Notes: generated from the letters alone by a model not told the origin. 64,000 nucleotides of DNA from Octopus vulgaris (GCA_951406725.2 OX597819.1:130758001-130822000), one strand, 5' to 3'. Shown: positions 45,597-60,202, counted from the first letter of the stretch. Program-made: numbers and translations.

Positions 45597-46168
45597 TTAA
45601 TCTTCTCTCTTCGCTCCTTTGCGCCACATGGGCTCAAATCTCCAATCCTCTCCTCTCTTCCTCTTACGCCTACTTCCTCCCACCCACCTCTCCTCTCTTG
45701 CTACGACTCCTATTTCTCTTCACTCCTACTCTCCTTCTTTCTTCTCTTCACTCCTACCCACCTTCTCCCTTCATCGTCACCCCTCCCTTGTAACCCCACC
45801 CCTACACAATCAAACCCCACCTTCCCTATCCATCCGATCCCACCCCATCCCTTACACCCACTTCCACATAGATGCTCTCTTATACACACGCACGCGCACC
45901 TTCGTTTTGGGATCACCACTACATTATTATCTCCCCTTCTTCCTAGCTCTCCTGTGTGACCCGTCTGTTCATCATTCGCCATGATAGATCGTTAGCCACT
46001 ATACATTCTTTATTTTCTCTCCTTGTTTCTTTCTGTGTTCCTTTCTGTGGAAGAGCGAAGGCTCGAAACGTTAAATACTTTTTCACTTCCCGAGCGTTAA
46101 ACTAGTACGTCTGTTCATTGTCTACACCACCTGTCTTCGTCTTTTGTTTTTTTTGTGAATTATCTCCC

Positions 46169-46170
<2 letters not shown>
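45597..46170 (+). mobile_element. Penelope-like element 3' end (GIY-YIG C-terminus plus terminal repeat)
   Basis: 45597-45638 translates LIFSLRSFAPHGLK, matching the IxxLxTxxPxGLN terminus of PLE GIY-YIG domains; followed by the hammerhead-bearing repeat. Confidence 0.75.
46041..46076 (+). ncRNA. Minimal hammerhead variant (CUGUGGA core), copy 3
   Basis: cttt-CTGTGGA-a-gagc(gaag)gctc-GAAA-cg-TT-aaat. Confidence 0.6.
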
Positions 46171-46228
<58 letters not shown>

Positions 46229-47738
46229 GAGGCGCAATGGCCCAGTGGTTAGGGCAGCAGACTCGCGGTCGTAGGATCAAGGTTTCGATTCCCAGACCGG
46301 GCGTTGTGAGTGTTTATTGAGCGAAAACACCTATAGCTCCACGAGGTTCCGGCAGGGGGTGGTGGCGACCCCTGCTGTACTCTTTCGCCGCAACTTTCTC
46401 TCACTCTTTCTTCTGTTGGCCTGCTCGCTTAGCCAGCAGGATGGCGTCAATTGAAGACTAAAACAATGCGAAGCGCATTGTGACCAGCGATGTGTATCAA
46501 CATCTGATAGCCTGGTCGGTCACATGATATATATATATTTATATATATATCAACTTTACCTTTCATCCTTCTGGGGTCGATAAATTAAGTACCAGCTGCA
46601 TACTGGGGTCGATCTAATTGACTGTCCCCCCCTGCCCAAAATTTCAGGCCATATGCCTAGAGTAGAAAAGATATATATATATGTATGTATGTATGTATGT
46701 GTGTGTGTGTGTATGTGTGTGTGTATGTATGTATGTATGTGTGTGTGTGTGTGTGTTCTGTCTGTGTTTGTCCCCCACAATCGCTTGACGGCCGGTGTTA
46801 TTGTGTTTATGACCCGTAATTTAGCGGCTCGGCAAAGAGACCAATAGAATAAGACCCAGGCTTTAAAAAAAATAATAAGTCCTGGGGTCGATTTGTTCGA
46901 CTAAAATCCTTCAAGGTGGTACCCCAGCATGGCCGCAGTCAAGTAACTGAAACAAGTAAAATAAACTAAAAGAAATTGTATATACACATATATATTATAT
47001 ATATGCATACATACATACACACACACACACGTACATACATATACATACATACATACATACACACACAAGGGGCTTTTACACAGTTTCCGTCTACCAAATT
47101 CACTAATAAAGCCTAGGTCGTCCCGGTTCTATAATAGAAATTGCTTACCCAAATGACTGCGCTGCGTGATTGAACCCGAAAGCACGTGGTTGCCAAGCAA
47201 GCTTCTTAACCACAGAGCTATACCCGCGCCTATTTGGTGGGAAAGCGGGACTGGGATGGGATGGGATGTCCGGGGAATTACGTATTTTGTGTATCTTATA
47301 AATTGCGTTGTTGCTGTTGAATCCAGTTACACTCTAATGAAATAGATCCACTACCAAAGGTATTGTAGCAATGACCTTTCGGACGGTATGTCTCTTACCT
47401 GGTAGCGGACGGGGATGGAGAAGATTTGGCTGTTATTTTGTGCAGGTTAAGTGACTCTGTAAAGAGACTACGTCATCTGAAATGAGCTGTTGCCACCGCG
47501 CTTTGATTCGCTATTCTCTTCAGTCCTCTTCTGGTGATATTCCTGAGTGAGAGATCAAGAACTGAAACCGCATCGATGAAATAGTGTACTTGATCCACGC
47601 AACAGAAAACGTATAGTCGGGATTGTTTGTATGTGTGTATGGTTATATGTACATATACATATATGCATATGGATTATCAGCATTTATGCATACACATGTA
47701 TACATATAGATGCATGCACATACATAAATACATAACAT

Positions 47739-47816
<78 letters not shown>

Positions 47817-48091
47817 AAAGTCTCCAGACAATGCATCTTTCATTGTTTTTCCCTTATACCTATGTGAGTTATTTTCTGAGTATGCATTGTCTGGAGACTT
47901 TTACTTGCAGTTGAAGAAATAGCCAAATTTTTGGCTGCTATTTCTGAAAAGTTCGGTGTGTGGTAAAGTGAATTTTTTTACTTTACCATATTTTTATAAA
48001 TTAATACTTCAAATATACCGTAAATGGTCTTTTTACATACCGAATACTTGGTCGAATTGATTAACAATTAATCAATTCTACCCTTTTTACT

Positions 48092-48133
<42 letters not shown>

Positions 48134-48249
48134 TTTTAAAAGTTGGCATTTTTTTATTGCCGGCGAAGTAGACTTTGAAAAAGTTATCACGTATAAATAC
48201 GGGGCAAGTAGTTTGATCGCCCCGTGTGTATACGTTTAACCCTAGGTGG

Positions 48250-48323
48250 TCCTGCTGAAGAAGATTGCACCAAGCGAGTTCCTTTACTCGCTAAACTAAA
48301 ATCAGAAACCAATTGGTCCAGGA
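48250..48323 (+). ncRNA. Type-I hammerhead ribozyme with branched stem II
   Basis: tcctg-CTGAAGA-agatt..[agcgagt/actcgct hairpin]..aatca-GAAA-ccaattgg-TC-cagga, GUC triplet. Lies in a (TA)n-flanked segment 48132-48480. Confidence 0.85.
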
Positions 48324-48608
48324 AACTAGATGGCAAAATGTTTCTATTTTTCATTTCGTTCCTGTCGAATTTTATCCCTAATTTTTGTGGTTATAGAACC
48401 TAGCTGTTCTTTCTAGCGTGTAGAATCCCTATGAGTGGACTCCTCATGTGTTTAAATATACACTATATCGTATGACTTTATATATATATATATATAAGTC
48501 ATACGATATAGTGTATATTTATATTCATATATATATATATATACATACGTGTATGCAGCTATAGTTATGCATATTCACACGTATACATACATATATATAA
48601 GCTTATAA

Positions 48609-48656
<48 letters not shown>

Positions 48657-48970
48657 ATATGAGTGCATGTATGACTTTACAGTGAGTTGCTGTATGCTAG
48701 AGAAGTAGAATAAGAGGCGGACGCAGAGAATGCTATTTGTCTTTCAGTCTGAATTGGTAAAAAAAAAAACAAGAAAAAACCGTTCTATGACTACAGGAAT
48801 TAGCTTTACTGACTACAATAGAGGTAGTTCCATATTGACAGTTCCAGAAAGGCTGCCACTTCGGATACCTTTAAATGTTCCGTACGGTTAAAGATATATA
48901 TATATGCGTGTGTGTGTGTGTGTGTATACATACATATATACATACATATATATACATATACATACATACA

Positions 48971-49003
<33 letters not shown>

Positions 49004-49118
49004 GTGTGTGTGTATGTACATATGTTTGTTAGTGAATGGTGTGTATGTGTGTTTGTGTGTGTAGATAAGGAGAAAGCGAAAGAGAAACTAAACTTATATG
49101 GGCATAGAAACAAATACA

Positions 49119-49167
<49 letters not shown>

Positions 49168-49171
49168 TGTG

Positions 49172-49218
<47 letters not shown>

Positions 49219-49225
49219 ATACGTG

Positions 49226-49295
<70 letters not shown>

Positions 49296-49314
49296 CAGAT
49301 AGATAGATAGATAT

Positions 49315-49400
<86 letters not shown>

Positions 49401-50354
49401 GTGTAACAACCTACTTATTCTTGGACTGATTCAGATTTGGTATGAAACTATATTAAACGAACAAATTACTGTGTTTGTATACTGAGTTTGTCCCTGTCCG
49501 TGCCTATAAATGTCTCCGCTCGTGCGTACCTGAGGAGGAGAGATCTTTGTTTGCATTTGATTCTTTTCCTGTGTCTGTTTGTCTCTGCGCTTTTTCGTCT
49601 TATCTCAATACGTGTATCAACTGATATATGTGCTTATGCGTGTTTGTACGTTAGAGAGAGGAAGATGGAGAGAGAGAAAGAATTTGTCAGTGTGGATGTG
49701 CTTTAGTGTTTGTTTATGTGTCTGTTTGCGTATATGCTTGTGTGTTGGTGTCAGTATGTGTGCTTTTCCACGTATATGCATGTGTGCGTGTATTTGTGTG
49801 CGTGTCTGTATGCGTACGAATGCGCGTATGTGTGTACTTGTCTATCTATCTGTGTATTTGTGTTCGTGTGCCTTAAAGTGTTTTAGGAAACGTCCGGAAT
49901 GACTTGTGACTGGAGTCAAATTATATTATCCCTTTGTAGACTAATGCTGAGCCAAACTGTCAAAAATACTTGCAATTAGCCATGTACTTAAGCTTGTTTA
50001 GAACAAGAAGGCTTTCAGACCGACGGTTTTAGCCTTCAAACACGATACAGACTACACTAGCAAACGTTCTCATTTTGCTGTGGGTCTAAGTGTTTCTTAA
50101 ACGCACACATACACACACATGCATCCATATACACACACTTACATGTATAGATACCCACACGTACACACACATCCGCGCGCACAAACAAACAAACACCTGA
50201 CTGTCGAGCAGTGGATTAGATCGATTCACTAAGTGTTTATACTGATCTCACTAAGTCACTTGTGTAGATATAAATATAGATACATACATACATTTATGTG
50301 TGTGCGTGCGCACAAACGCAAACACAAACACACAGAGGCATATACTTACACTCG

Positions 50355-50439
<85 letters not shown>

Positions 50440-51080
50440 GGATAGATGGATAGATGGATAGATAGATAGCTATGCGCATGTGTGATTGTTGTAACATTAA
50501 AGTACAAAGGTGATAAAGCAATTATTTGTGGTAGTTTATTTCTCTCGTTGACCCAGGGTGAGAAATTTCGTGGAGAAGACACCTAAGGAGAAATCTGAAG
50601 TCAGGAAAGAAAAGAGCTGAGACAGATATTGCAAGGGATCTTGTCGGATGCTCTGAGAGTACCTGGAACGGTGCTTTCGAGTAGAGACATCCATGGGCGC
50701 AGGCTTGTGTGTGTGTGCTTAAGAAGCTCGCTTTGCAACCGCATGGTTTCGAGTTCAGTCCCACTGCGCGACACTTTGGGCTTCTACTATACGGTCTTCT
50801 GTCATAGCCCCGCCGCTGACCCAATACTTTGTGAGTGAATCTGGTGAACGGAAACTGTGTGAAATCCCGTCGTCGTATATGAGTGTGGTGTGCGTGCGTG
50901 TGTCCTTATGTGTATGTTTGTATCTACCCCGAACTGGTTGACAACTGGTATTGGTTTGTTTACGTTCCCATAACTTAGCAGTTCAGCAAAAGGAGACAAT
51001 AGGATAGGTACCAGACTTAAGAACAACGTAAGTACTAGGGTAGAAAGAAAGACAGAAAGAAAAAGAAAGTCAGGAAGGAA

Positions 51081-51162
<82 letters not shown>

Positions 51163-51311
51163 AATGAAGGAAGAAAGAAAAGGAAGAAAGACAGAAAGAC
51201 GGGAAGAGGAAGAGAGAGGAAAAGGTAAAGAGAAGAGAGAAAGAGAGCGATTGTCTTTGCCATTGACCTGTGAAGAAGCGAATTGAATTTCTTTTTTATT
51301 TTATATCCACA

Positions 51312-51710
51312 GCAGGAGTGGCTGTGTGGTAAGTAGCTCGTTTACCAACCACATGGTTCCGGGTTCAGTCCCACTGCGTGGCACCTTGGTCAAGTGTCTT
51401 CTACTATAGCCTCGGGCCGACCAAAGCTTTGTAAGTGGATTTGGTAGACGGAAACTGAAAGAAGCCCGTCGTATATATGTATATATATATATATGCGTGT
51501 GTGTGTTCGTTCCCCTAGCATTGCTTGAGAACCGATGCTGGTGTGTTTATGTCCCCGTTACTTAGCGGTTCGGCAAAAGAGACCGATAGAATAAGTACTG
51601 GGCTTCCAAAAGAATAAGTCTCGGGGTCGAGTTGCTCGATTAAAGGCGGTGCTCCAGCACGGCCGCAGTCAAATGACTGAAATAAGTAAAAGAGTAAAGA
51701 GTAGTAAAGA
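51312..51710 (+). mobile_element. SINE family A
   Basis: Near full-length; an older copy lies at 50696-51040. Confidence 0.9.
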
Positions 51711-52162
51711 GCCAAAAATCTCCGGCATCTCAGTGCTTTCTTGAACTCTTCTCTGATTCCTCTCAATTGGTTCCATTATTATTATCTCGTACGAAATAAC
51801 AATTCTTTACTTAGAAATTGGAAAACTATTTTGAATGATTCACAAAATGTGACTTTCCTGAGATTTTCAAACAAAACTCAAATTAGGAAAACATTATAAC
51901 CGAGCTAAAAATTACTATTGTTTTTTTCTTTGTTTTTTAAGTTTCTATATTTTTTTTATTTTTTTTCCATATTCATCTTCTCATTTTTCCACTCTTTCTT
52001 TTTCATCTTATTTTATCCGTCTTCATTTTTTTTTTTGTATTTGTCTTCATCTTCCCCGCTCCTTCCTCTTCTTTAACTTCTTGCAGATCTTCGGGGGAAA
52101 CTTTTTATTTTTACTATTTTCCTCATCATCATCATCATCATCATCGTCATCATCATCCTCAC

Positions 52163-52203
<41 letters not shown>

Positions 52204-52939
52204 CCATCATCATCACCACCATCATCATCACCATCATCTTTTTTTTCTTCGTCTTCCTCCTTTTCCTTCTCCTCCTTCTTTTCTACTTTTTTCTTCTTCT
52301 CTTCTTCCTCCTCTTCCTCCTCCTTTTCCTTCTTTTGTACTCTTTTCTTCTCTTCGTCTTCGTTCTTCTTTTGCACTCTTCTTCTTCTTCTTCTTCTTCT
52401 TCTTCTTCTTCTTCTTCTTCTTCTCCTCTTCCTCCTCCTCCTCCCTCTTCTCGCTCATCAATATCATCATCTTTTTTTTCTTACACTTCTCCATTTTCTC
52501 TTCTTTTCCTTCCACCGATTCTTCTTCATCTTCGCTCTCTTCTTTTCATTCTTCGTCTGCTTCTTCCATCTGTACCTTCTCCCTCTTCCTCCGCTTTTTC
52601 TTATAATTCTAAAGAGTTTTCTTTTTCTCTTCTCAACATATTTCGCGTCTTTTTTCTTCATATTTTTTTCTTCAACAATTGACGTTTAGTCATTACTCTA
52701 TAATAATGATGATAAAAGAGCGATTTGAAGATTTTCTGCGACGCTTTCTCGACATATTTCTCTTTTGTTTTCGCTTTCATTTTAGATTTCGATCATTTTT
52801 CCGATGGTAGGGTGGGGGTGGTGGGGTGGAAATGGTAATTATTCTCATATTTTACTTCATAATCTTTTGAAACTAGGAATACCAAAAGATCACGTATCAG
52901 ATGCGAATAATGTATTTATCCGTGAGTTTAAATATATAT

Positions 52940-52998
<59 letters not shown>

Positions 52999-53160
52999 TA
53001 TATTATATTATATTATATTATATTATATTATATTATATATTATATATCATATGTATACATATACATATATGTATATATGTATTTATATATACATATATAC
53101 ATATGTACATGCATGCGCATATATCCATGTACATATACACCATCATACCTCTGTGTGTTT

Positions 53161-53212
<52 letters not shown>

Positions 53213-53399
53213 ATAGGTTGGTTAGTATGTGTGTGTATCTCATAAGTGCGTTAAGTTTTCGAATATAACATATTTCATCTCTGCTTGGCTTGAGTTGACA
53301 AGGTGAATGTGTGTATAAATGCTGTGTCAATATGTGTGCGTATATGCGTATGTGTTCATGTAACTATGTTCCATTTTTAATATTATCATTTAGGTTAAA

Positions 53400-54108
53400 G
53401 AGGCGAGCTGGCAGAATGGTTAGCACACCGGGCAAAATGCTTCGCGGTATTTCAGCCAACTTTACGCTCTGAATTCAAATGCCACCAGAGTCGACTTTGC
53501 CTTTCATCCTTTCAGGGTCGATAAATTAAGTACCAGTCAAGTTCCTGGGTCGATGTGACTGATTATCTCCTTGCCACAAATTCCAGGTCCTGTGTCTATA
53601 GTAGAAAGAATTATTTGGGTTAAGGCGGCGAGCTGGTTAAATCGTTAGCAACGCTGAACAAAATGCTTAGAGGCATTTCGTTCCTCTTTACGTTCTGGAT
53701 TCAAATGCCACCAGGGTCGAGTTTAGCCCTTCCCCAGAAATTGCTGGCTCTGTGCTAAAATTTGAAACCAGTTCTATTATTTACGTTGCACGGCGATGAG
53801 AAGTGAAGAGAGAGACTAGAAAAAGGTGCAAGATAAAGTCGATAGAAAGCGGGGGCAAGCTGAATCGATAAATACCTATTTCTTTACTCCCCACAAGGAG
53901 CTAAACACGGAGGGGACAAACAAGGACAGACAAACGGATTAAGTCGATTATATCGACCCCAGTGCGTAACTGGTACTTAATTTATCGACCCCGAAAGGAT
54001 GAAAGGTAAAGTCGACCTCGGCGGAATTTGAACTCAGGACGTAGCGACAGACGAAATATTGCAAAGCATTTCGCCCGGCGTGCTAACGTTTCTACCAGCT
54101 CGCCGCCT
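53400..54108. mobile_element. Three SINE family B copies (53400-53610 +, 53624-53770 +, 53873-54108 -)
   Basis: Family B motifs. Confidence 0.8.
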
Positions 54109-54657
54109 TTTTTAAAACACCGAGTCGATAAATACCGGTCAAAGAACCAAGCAGTCGATGATTCGGCAAACGCTCTTTTGCAAGTCTCTATTGGTCACTC
54201 TTAAATGCGGTCATGGTTGGAACGATTTGCAACATATGTTTACTTAAAAGGGATGACTGGAGATAAACAACAATAAGAAAAGCCCAGAACTTTGTCATCG
54301 CTTCACACCATCACAGCCGCAACAACCAGCAGAGGGAGCCTCTACGTGGTCGTTCGAACTTCTAGAAACAGCATCTAAATCTCTTTTAAATTACACCCCA
54401 TCGTCTTAGAGTAGGACACGTTAGATTATGTGGTCCTGGATTAACAGCATATAGAAAAAAGTCAGGATGGTCACGGCTGAAATGTTTTCGATTATAAGTC
54501 TACACGATCAGGGTTGACCAAGGACTAAGCAACAATAATAGATCAGTGCTTTTCAACCCTTTTTAACCTGTTGAGCCCTTTGATTCCTATTCTTCTCGGG
54601 TGGATCCTCGGAGCCATTCAGTGTTTTTAAAAATCCTATTATATTTTTATGATTAAA

Positions 54658-55059
54658 CTAGCAGTATCGCCCGGCGTTGCTCGGGTTTGTAAGGGAAATA
54701 ACTATAAAGCATATTTAGAGAGTTATAGCCAAAACATAGCATAAAAATGCATTAAAAATGGAAAAAAAATTATGGTAATTTTTTTTTTAAATCGTTGACT
54801 CATCGTAGACATTTTTAGAGAGTTACTTCCCTTATATAATAGCGAAAAAAATGCATTAAAATGGAAAAAAATGATGGTAATTTATTTTTTAAATCGTAGA
54901 CTCATCGTAGACGCGCGCTAATACCCAGAAGGGCTCGATATGAATCACGACTATAAGATACCCGAATTTGGTTAAACTGCACCGCAAAATGTGGGAGTAG
55001 TTAGGAATCTAAATCGTAGGAGACAGACAGACACACAACCTCTCTTTTATATATAAAGA
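54658..55059 (-). mobile_element. Non-autonomous Helitron
   Basis: Minus strand begins TC(TTTATATATAAA) and ends CCCGAGCAACGCCGGG hairpin-cgatactg-CTAG. Inserted between A and T with no TSD; removing it restores the MITE (attaaa|tgttattagga). Confidence 0.9.
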
Positions 55060-55288
55060 TGTTATTAGGAATTTATCTTTCATCTTTTACCTGTTTCAGT
55101 CATGAGACTGCAGCCATGCTGGAGCACTGCCTTGAATTTTTTATCGAATGAATCGACCTCAGTACTTATTTTTTAAGCCTGGTACTTATTCTATCGGTGT
55201 CTTTTGTCGAACCGCTATGTTAAGGGGACGTACACACACCAACACTGGTTGTCAAATGGTAATGGGGGACAGACACACACACACACAC

Positions 55289-55373
<85 letters not shown>

Positions 55374-55520
55374 AAAAGCAATTTAGATTCAAGTCAATTC
55401 TAATGAATTTACTTGAATGCGGTACTTAACTTAGATGCACCAGAAAACTATATGGTGTTAACTATACAGTAATGTGGGGTGATTATAAACGAGAAAGAAG
55501 CAACAAGAATGGATTAGTTG

Positions 55521-55609
55521 TTCAGTACAATTGTTTCATACAAAGACAGGCTTTATTAAAAGTTGCAAAAATTGCAGCAGATAAAAGTGTCCCGTACTCA
55601 TCAGCTAAA
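55521..55609 (-). ncRNA. Hammerhead ribozyme, left arm of inverted repeat
   Basis: Reverse complement of 55952-56041. Confidence 0.8.
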
Positions 55610-55951
55610 ATACATATGAGTTCTCCAAACATCTTAGTGGGTGAGGCTATACTCATGAAGTATTGGAGATAATTTCATTAAAAGCAGATTTAGGTTGTAA
55701 ACAGATTTCCGAAGTTCCTTAATGATAAATTCCTCCTCATATCTCTGGAAATTTACATCTACACTACGGATTAATTCACTTTCTCTGTGAAGCTAATAAG
55801 CTTTTTTTAAAAACCTGTGATAAGACTGTGCATCATCATTAAGGAACTTCGGAAATCTGTTTACAACCTAAATCTGCTTTTAATGAAATTATCTCCAATA
55901 CTTCATGAGTATAGCCTCACCCACTAAGATGTTTGGAGAACTCATATGTAT

Positions 55952-56041
55952 TTTAGCTGATGAGTACGGGACACTTTTATCTGCTGCAATTTTTTGCAAC
56001 TTTTAATAAAGCCTGTCTTTGTATGAAACAATTGTACTGAA
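55952..56041 (+). ncRNA. Hammerhead ribozyme with extended stem II
   Basis: tttag-CTGATGA-gtacgggac...gtctttgtat-GAAA-caattg-TA-ctgaa. Confidence 0.8.
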
Positions 56042-56071
56042 CAACTAATCCATTCTTGTTGCTTCTTTCTC

Positions 56072-56189
<118 letters not shown>

Positions 56190-56576
56190 GACGGGCTTCT
56201 TTCAGTTTCCGCCAACTAAGTCCATTCACAAGGCTTTGGTCGGCCCGAGGCTATAGAAGAAGACACTTGCCCAAGGTGCCATGCAGTGGAACTGAACCCG
56301 GAACCACTCTAGTACCTAGGAATTGTATAAAAGCTACTTAAACATTTTGTGTATTGTAGAAGTATAACCAGTTTATTGCAGATAAATTTTAACAACAAAA
56401 ATCACATAGACCACCAAGGGTCATATGAACCCCCGTTGGGAACCACTGATCTAGATAATGTGGTCTTGTGTTCCCTACATGTAGAAAGCTCAGGATGGTT
56501 ACGGTAGAAATGTTTTCCATTATAAGTTTAGTCGATCAGGGCTGACCCAGAACAAAGCAACAACAATAATCACTAT

Positions 56577-56740
56577 AGGCGCAGGAGTGGCTGTGTGGTA
56601 AGTAGCTTGTTTACCGACCACATGGTTCCGGGTTCAGTCCCACTGCGTGGCACTTTGGGCAAGTGTCTTCTGCTATAGCCACGGGCCGACCAAAGCCTTG
56701 TGAGTGGATTTGGTAGACGGAAACTGAAAGAAGCTTGTCG

Positions 56741-56779
<39 letters not shown>

Positions 56780-56998
56780 GTATGTGTTTGTGTGTCTGTG
56801 TTTGTCCCCCTAGCATTGCTTGACAACCGATGCTGGTGTGTTTATGTCCTCGTTACTTAGCGGTTCGGCAAAAGAGACCGATAGAATAAGTACTGGGCTT
56901 ACAAAAGAATAAGTCCCGGGGTCGAGTTGCTCGATTAAAGGCGGTGCTCCAGCATGACCGCAGTCAAATGACTGAAACAAGTAAAAGAGTAAAAGAGT
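56577..56998 (+). mobile_element. SINE family A, full length
   Basis: Head, microsatellite and tail. Confidence 0.9.
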
Positions 56999-57660
56999 AT
57001 TGCTACTGCCTGCATCCCCATCAACATCGTTAACAACAACGCTAACCTTCTCCGACAACCAGCAACACATTAACACTTGCCAGCGAAACCCTTGATTCTT
57101 GCCATTTAACCAATCACCAATCACCGTTCACCACTCAGCATTCGCCATCAAACATTAACACCACTACCACCACAGATTAACACTCCAATAAACCAACTCT
57201 GCCGACCACCACCGCCGTCACCCCACTCGTCGCATCCTACACTGCCCCACCGTGTTCAACCACCCTCCAGCCCATTGCCCTCTAATTGGATTGATGTCAC
57301 GAGAAACACGCTGTCACTGTCGCCCGGTTGTTTGGGTCGAAGCTAGCATAGCTGGAAGGCGTTTTCGCGAGATTAGCTTTCCCCTGTTAATCTATAGTTT
57401 TGTTTTAATCGCTAATGACTGAGTGCTAATAGCATTGATCGGAGACGCGTGAATGTTGGAAGGTGGGGCAATCATATGGCTTTTCCGACCGAGTTTCATA
57501 CCTCGTTATCAATACATAACAAATTAACCTCTTGCTATGCGAGATCGGCTCGATTGACGACAGACCTTTATAACCTTATAAGCCAAACAAGACCTCCTCT
57601 TTATATCACCTAACTCTCTCTCTCTCTGTCTATCTATCTATCTATCTATCTATCTCTATC

Positions 57661-57721
<61 letters not shown>

Positions 57722-57811
57722 CTCTATCTCTATCTATCTATCTATCTATATATCTATCTCTCTATCTCTCTACCTCTATCTATCTATCTCTATCTATCTC
57801 TATCTATCTCT

Positions 57812-57847
<36 letters not shown>

Positions 57848-58121
57848 CTATTTATCTATCCATATCTCTATCTACCTATCAAATTATCTGTACCTTTATC
57901 TCTTTTCCTCTCTCTTGCCCACTCTTTACTCTCTCTCTCTCTCTCTCTCTCTCTGCGTGTGTGTGCGTGCGTGAGTGTACGCGTGTGTATGTGTGTGTAT
58001 GTATCCGTGTGAGTGTGTGTGGTGTGTTAAAGATAAACCTCCATTTTTTTCTTGACTTCATTAACGTGACTATACGTGTGCGTGTGTGTGTATGTGTGTG
58101 TGTGTACGTATACATACATAC

Positions 58122-58155
<34 letters not shown>

Positions 58156-58177
58156 GCAGGGAAGCAGACAGACAGAC

Positions 58178-58260
<83 letters not shown>

Positions 58261-59604
58261 GTAATTAACTGATGAATTAACTGATCTTAATGTGTTACTT
58301 AATGCGGTGAGATTAGAAACCCTGAACCCAGGCAGTAGGAGTCAAGAAGAAGAAACGGGTGTTACATTAGCACAATTTTGTAATGATTTTGTTTTTTCAT
58401 GAAAGGGTGAATGTTGTGTTCATGCTAAGAGCAAAACCGAAATGAAAAAAAAAGGGGGTCCACTGAACTATGAGTGTAGTGTTAAAATGATCCTCTTTTT
58501 ATTTGAGTAAGATCCAGGTATCAGTACATAGCAGAGATTTTGTTGATTCAATACTTTTCTGATGGGGCAATAATCGATGACCTGATTATCTGCGTATAAG
58601 CCTAACTGGATCGATGTGGTCAGTTGTCATTCGAATGATTTAATCACTTTCACAACACCCTCGGGACCTTCCAATAAAACAATTATGGACCTTCACTTTC
58701 TTTTGAAGTCAATCAAGTACTGCGCGCAATATCCCATTTCATCTTCCCTGAAATAGATGTTTTAATCGACTGCTGTGACTTCAAAACCTCCCTCAACATC
58801 GAACAGTTCATTCGGTCTCTATCATCGAAGAATTCAATGTTTTTCTACATTTCAAGAGTTAGTCATCCAAGCTTACTAGCATACCTGTAAGTTGTTGATT
58901 AAAACTGCAAGTTATAGGTATGTGAAGTAGGTGAACTGAAAAAATCTTAATCTGGAATCGACCCTGTGATATAAGAATAGGTCCAGATTCGAACCGATTC
59001 GCCGGAGTTTGCAAGTAAATCCCTACAAAATACTTAACTCCGTCTACAAATGACTAAATTTAAACACCAAATGAGTTTGATGGAACAATATGGAATTTCT
59101 TGGCTCAAGAGCTACGGATTCACATTTAATCACTGGGCGGTATAAGGCGGTTTTCGACAAGTCACTGAACAAACCTCTGACCAGTTTTATCGACAATAAA
59201 GCAGTCTATGAAACAGATTACATGACTATATGTGGATTGTCGTACAAAGTAGAAAATAATGTACTGTTTGGTAAAGGTGAATATTATTCAAGATAGAACC
59301 ATATCCAAAGTGATGTAAAAAGACATTCGGTGTCTTTTCGGCTGCATTCTCTGGTATTACCAACTGAAACTCTAGATATTACCCAACCATGTCATTCTTG
59401 GTCTACCCCTAGGACTCCTACCGGCAAGCTCTACTTGAAGAGTCTGTCTTGCGATTCTTTCTCATGAAATACTAATCACATGGGATTAGCACCGGAGCGG
59501 TGAATTCTCAATGCAGAAAAGTCTCCAACAATATATCATCATTCTGAGTTAAGAAGATCAGCAAACAATTAAGAGAACTAAGAATGTAGGATTAAGAATA
59601 TATG

Positions 59605-60202
59605 TTTCTTTACTACCCACAAGGGGCTAAACATAGAGGGGACAAACAAGGACAGACAAACGGATTAAGTCGATTATATCGACCCCAGTGCACAACTGGT
59701 ACTTAATTTATCGACCCCGAAAGGATGAAAGGTAAAGTCGACCTCGGCGGAATTTGAACTCAGAACGTAACGGCAGACGAAATACCTATTTCTTTGCTAC
59801 CCACAAGGGGCTAAACACAGAGAGGACAAACAAGGACAGACAAACGGATTAAGTCGATTATATCGACCCCAGTGCACAACTGGTACTTAATTTATCGACC
59901 CCGAAAGGATGAAAGGTAAAGTCGACCTCGGCGGAATTTGAACTCAGAACGTAACGGCAGACGAAATACCTATTTCTTTGCTACCCACAAGGGGCTAAAC
60001 ACAGAGAGGACAAACAAGGACAGACAAAAGGATTAAGTCGATTATATCGACCCCAGTGCGCAACTGGTACTTAATTTATCGACCCCGAAAGGATGAAAGG
60101 TAAAGTCGACCTCGGCGGAATTTGAACTCAGAACGTAACGGCAGACGAAATACGGCTACGCATTTCGCCCGGCGTGCTAACGCTTCTGCCAGCTCGCCGC
60201 CT
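59605..60202 (-). mobile_element. SINE family B concatemer (one head plus 3 units)
   Basis: CAGAACG recurs at 59761, 59945 and 60129 (period 184); head ends at about 60201. Confidence 0.9.

Larger units (their letters stand above)
45417..46975 (+). mobile_element. SINE family A split by nested insertions (PLE 45597-46170, SINE C 46229-46528, SINE B part 46553-46670)
   Basis: Family A head at 45417-45570 and tail at 46750-46975 flank the inserts, all of which sit in the internal microsatellite. Confidence 0.7.

Noticed and set aside
47900-47970. Possible 14th hammerhead (TTGAAGA..gaaatagc/gctatttc..GAAA)
   Set aside because: Core overlaps the stem, and the stem III and NUH site cannot be assigned; too decayed to call.
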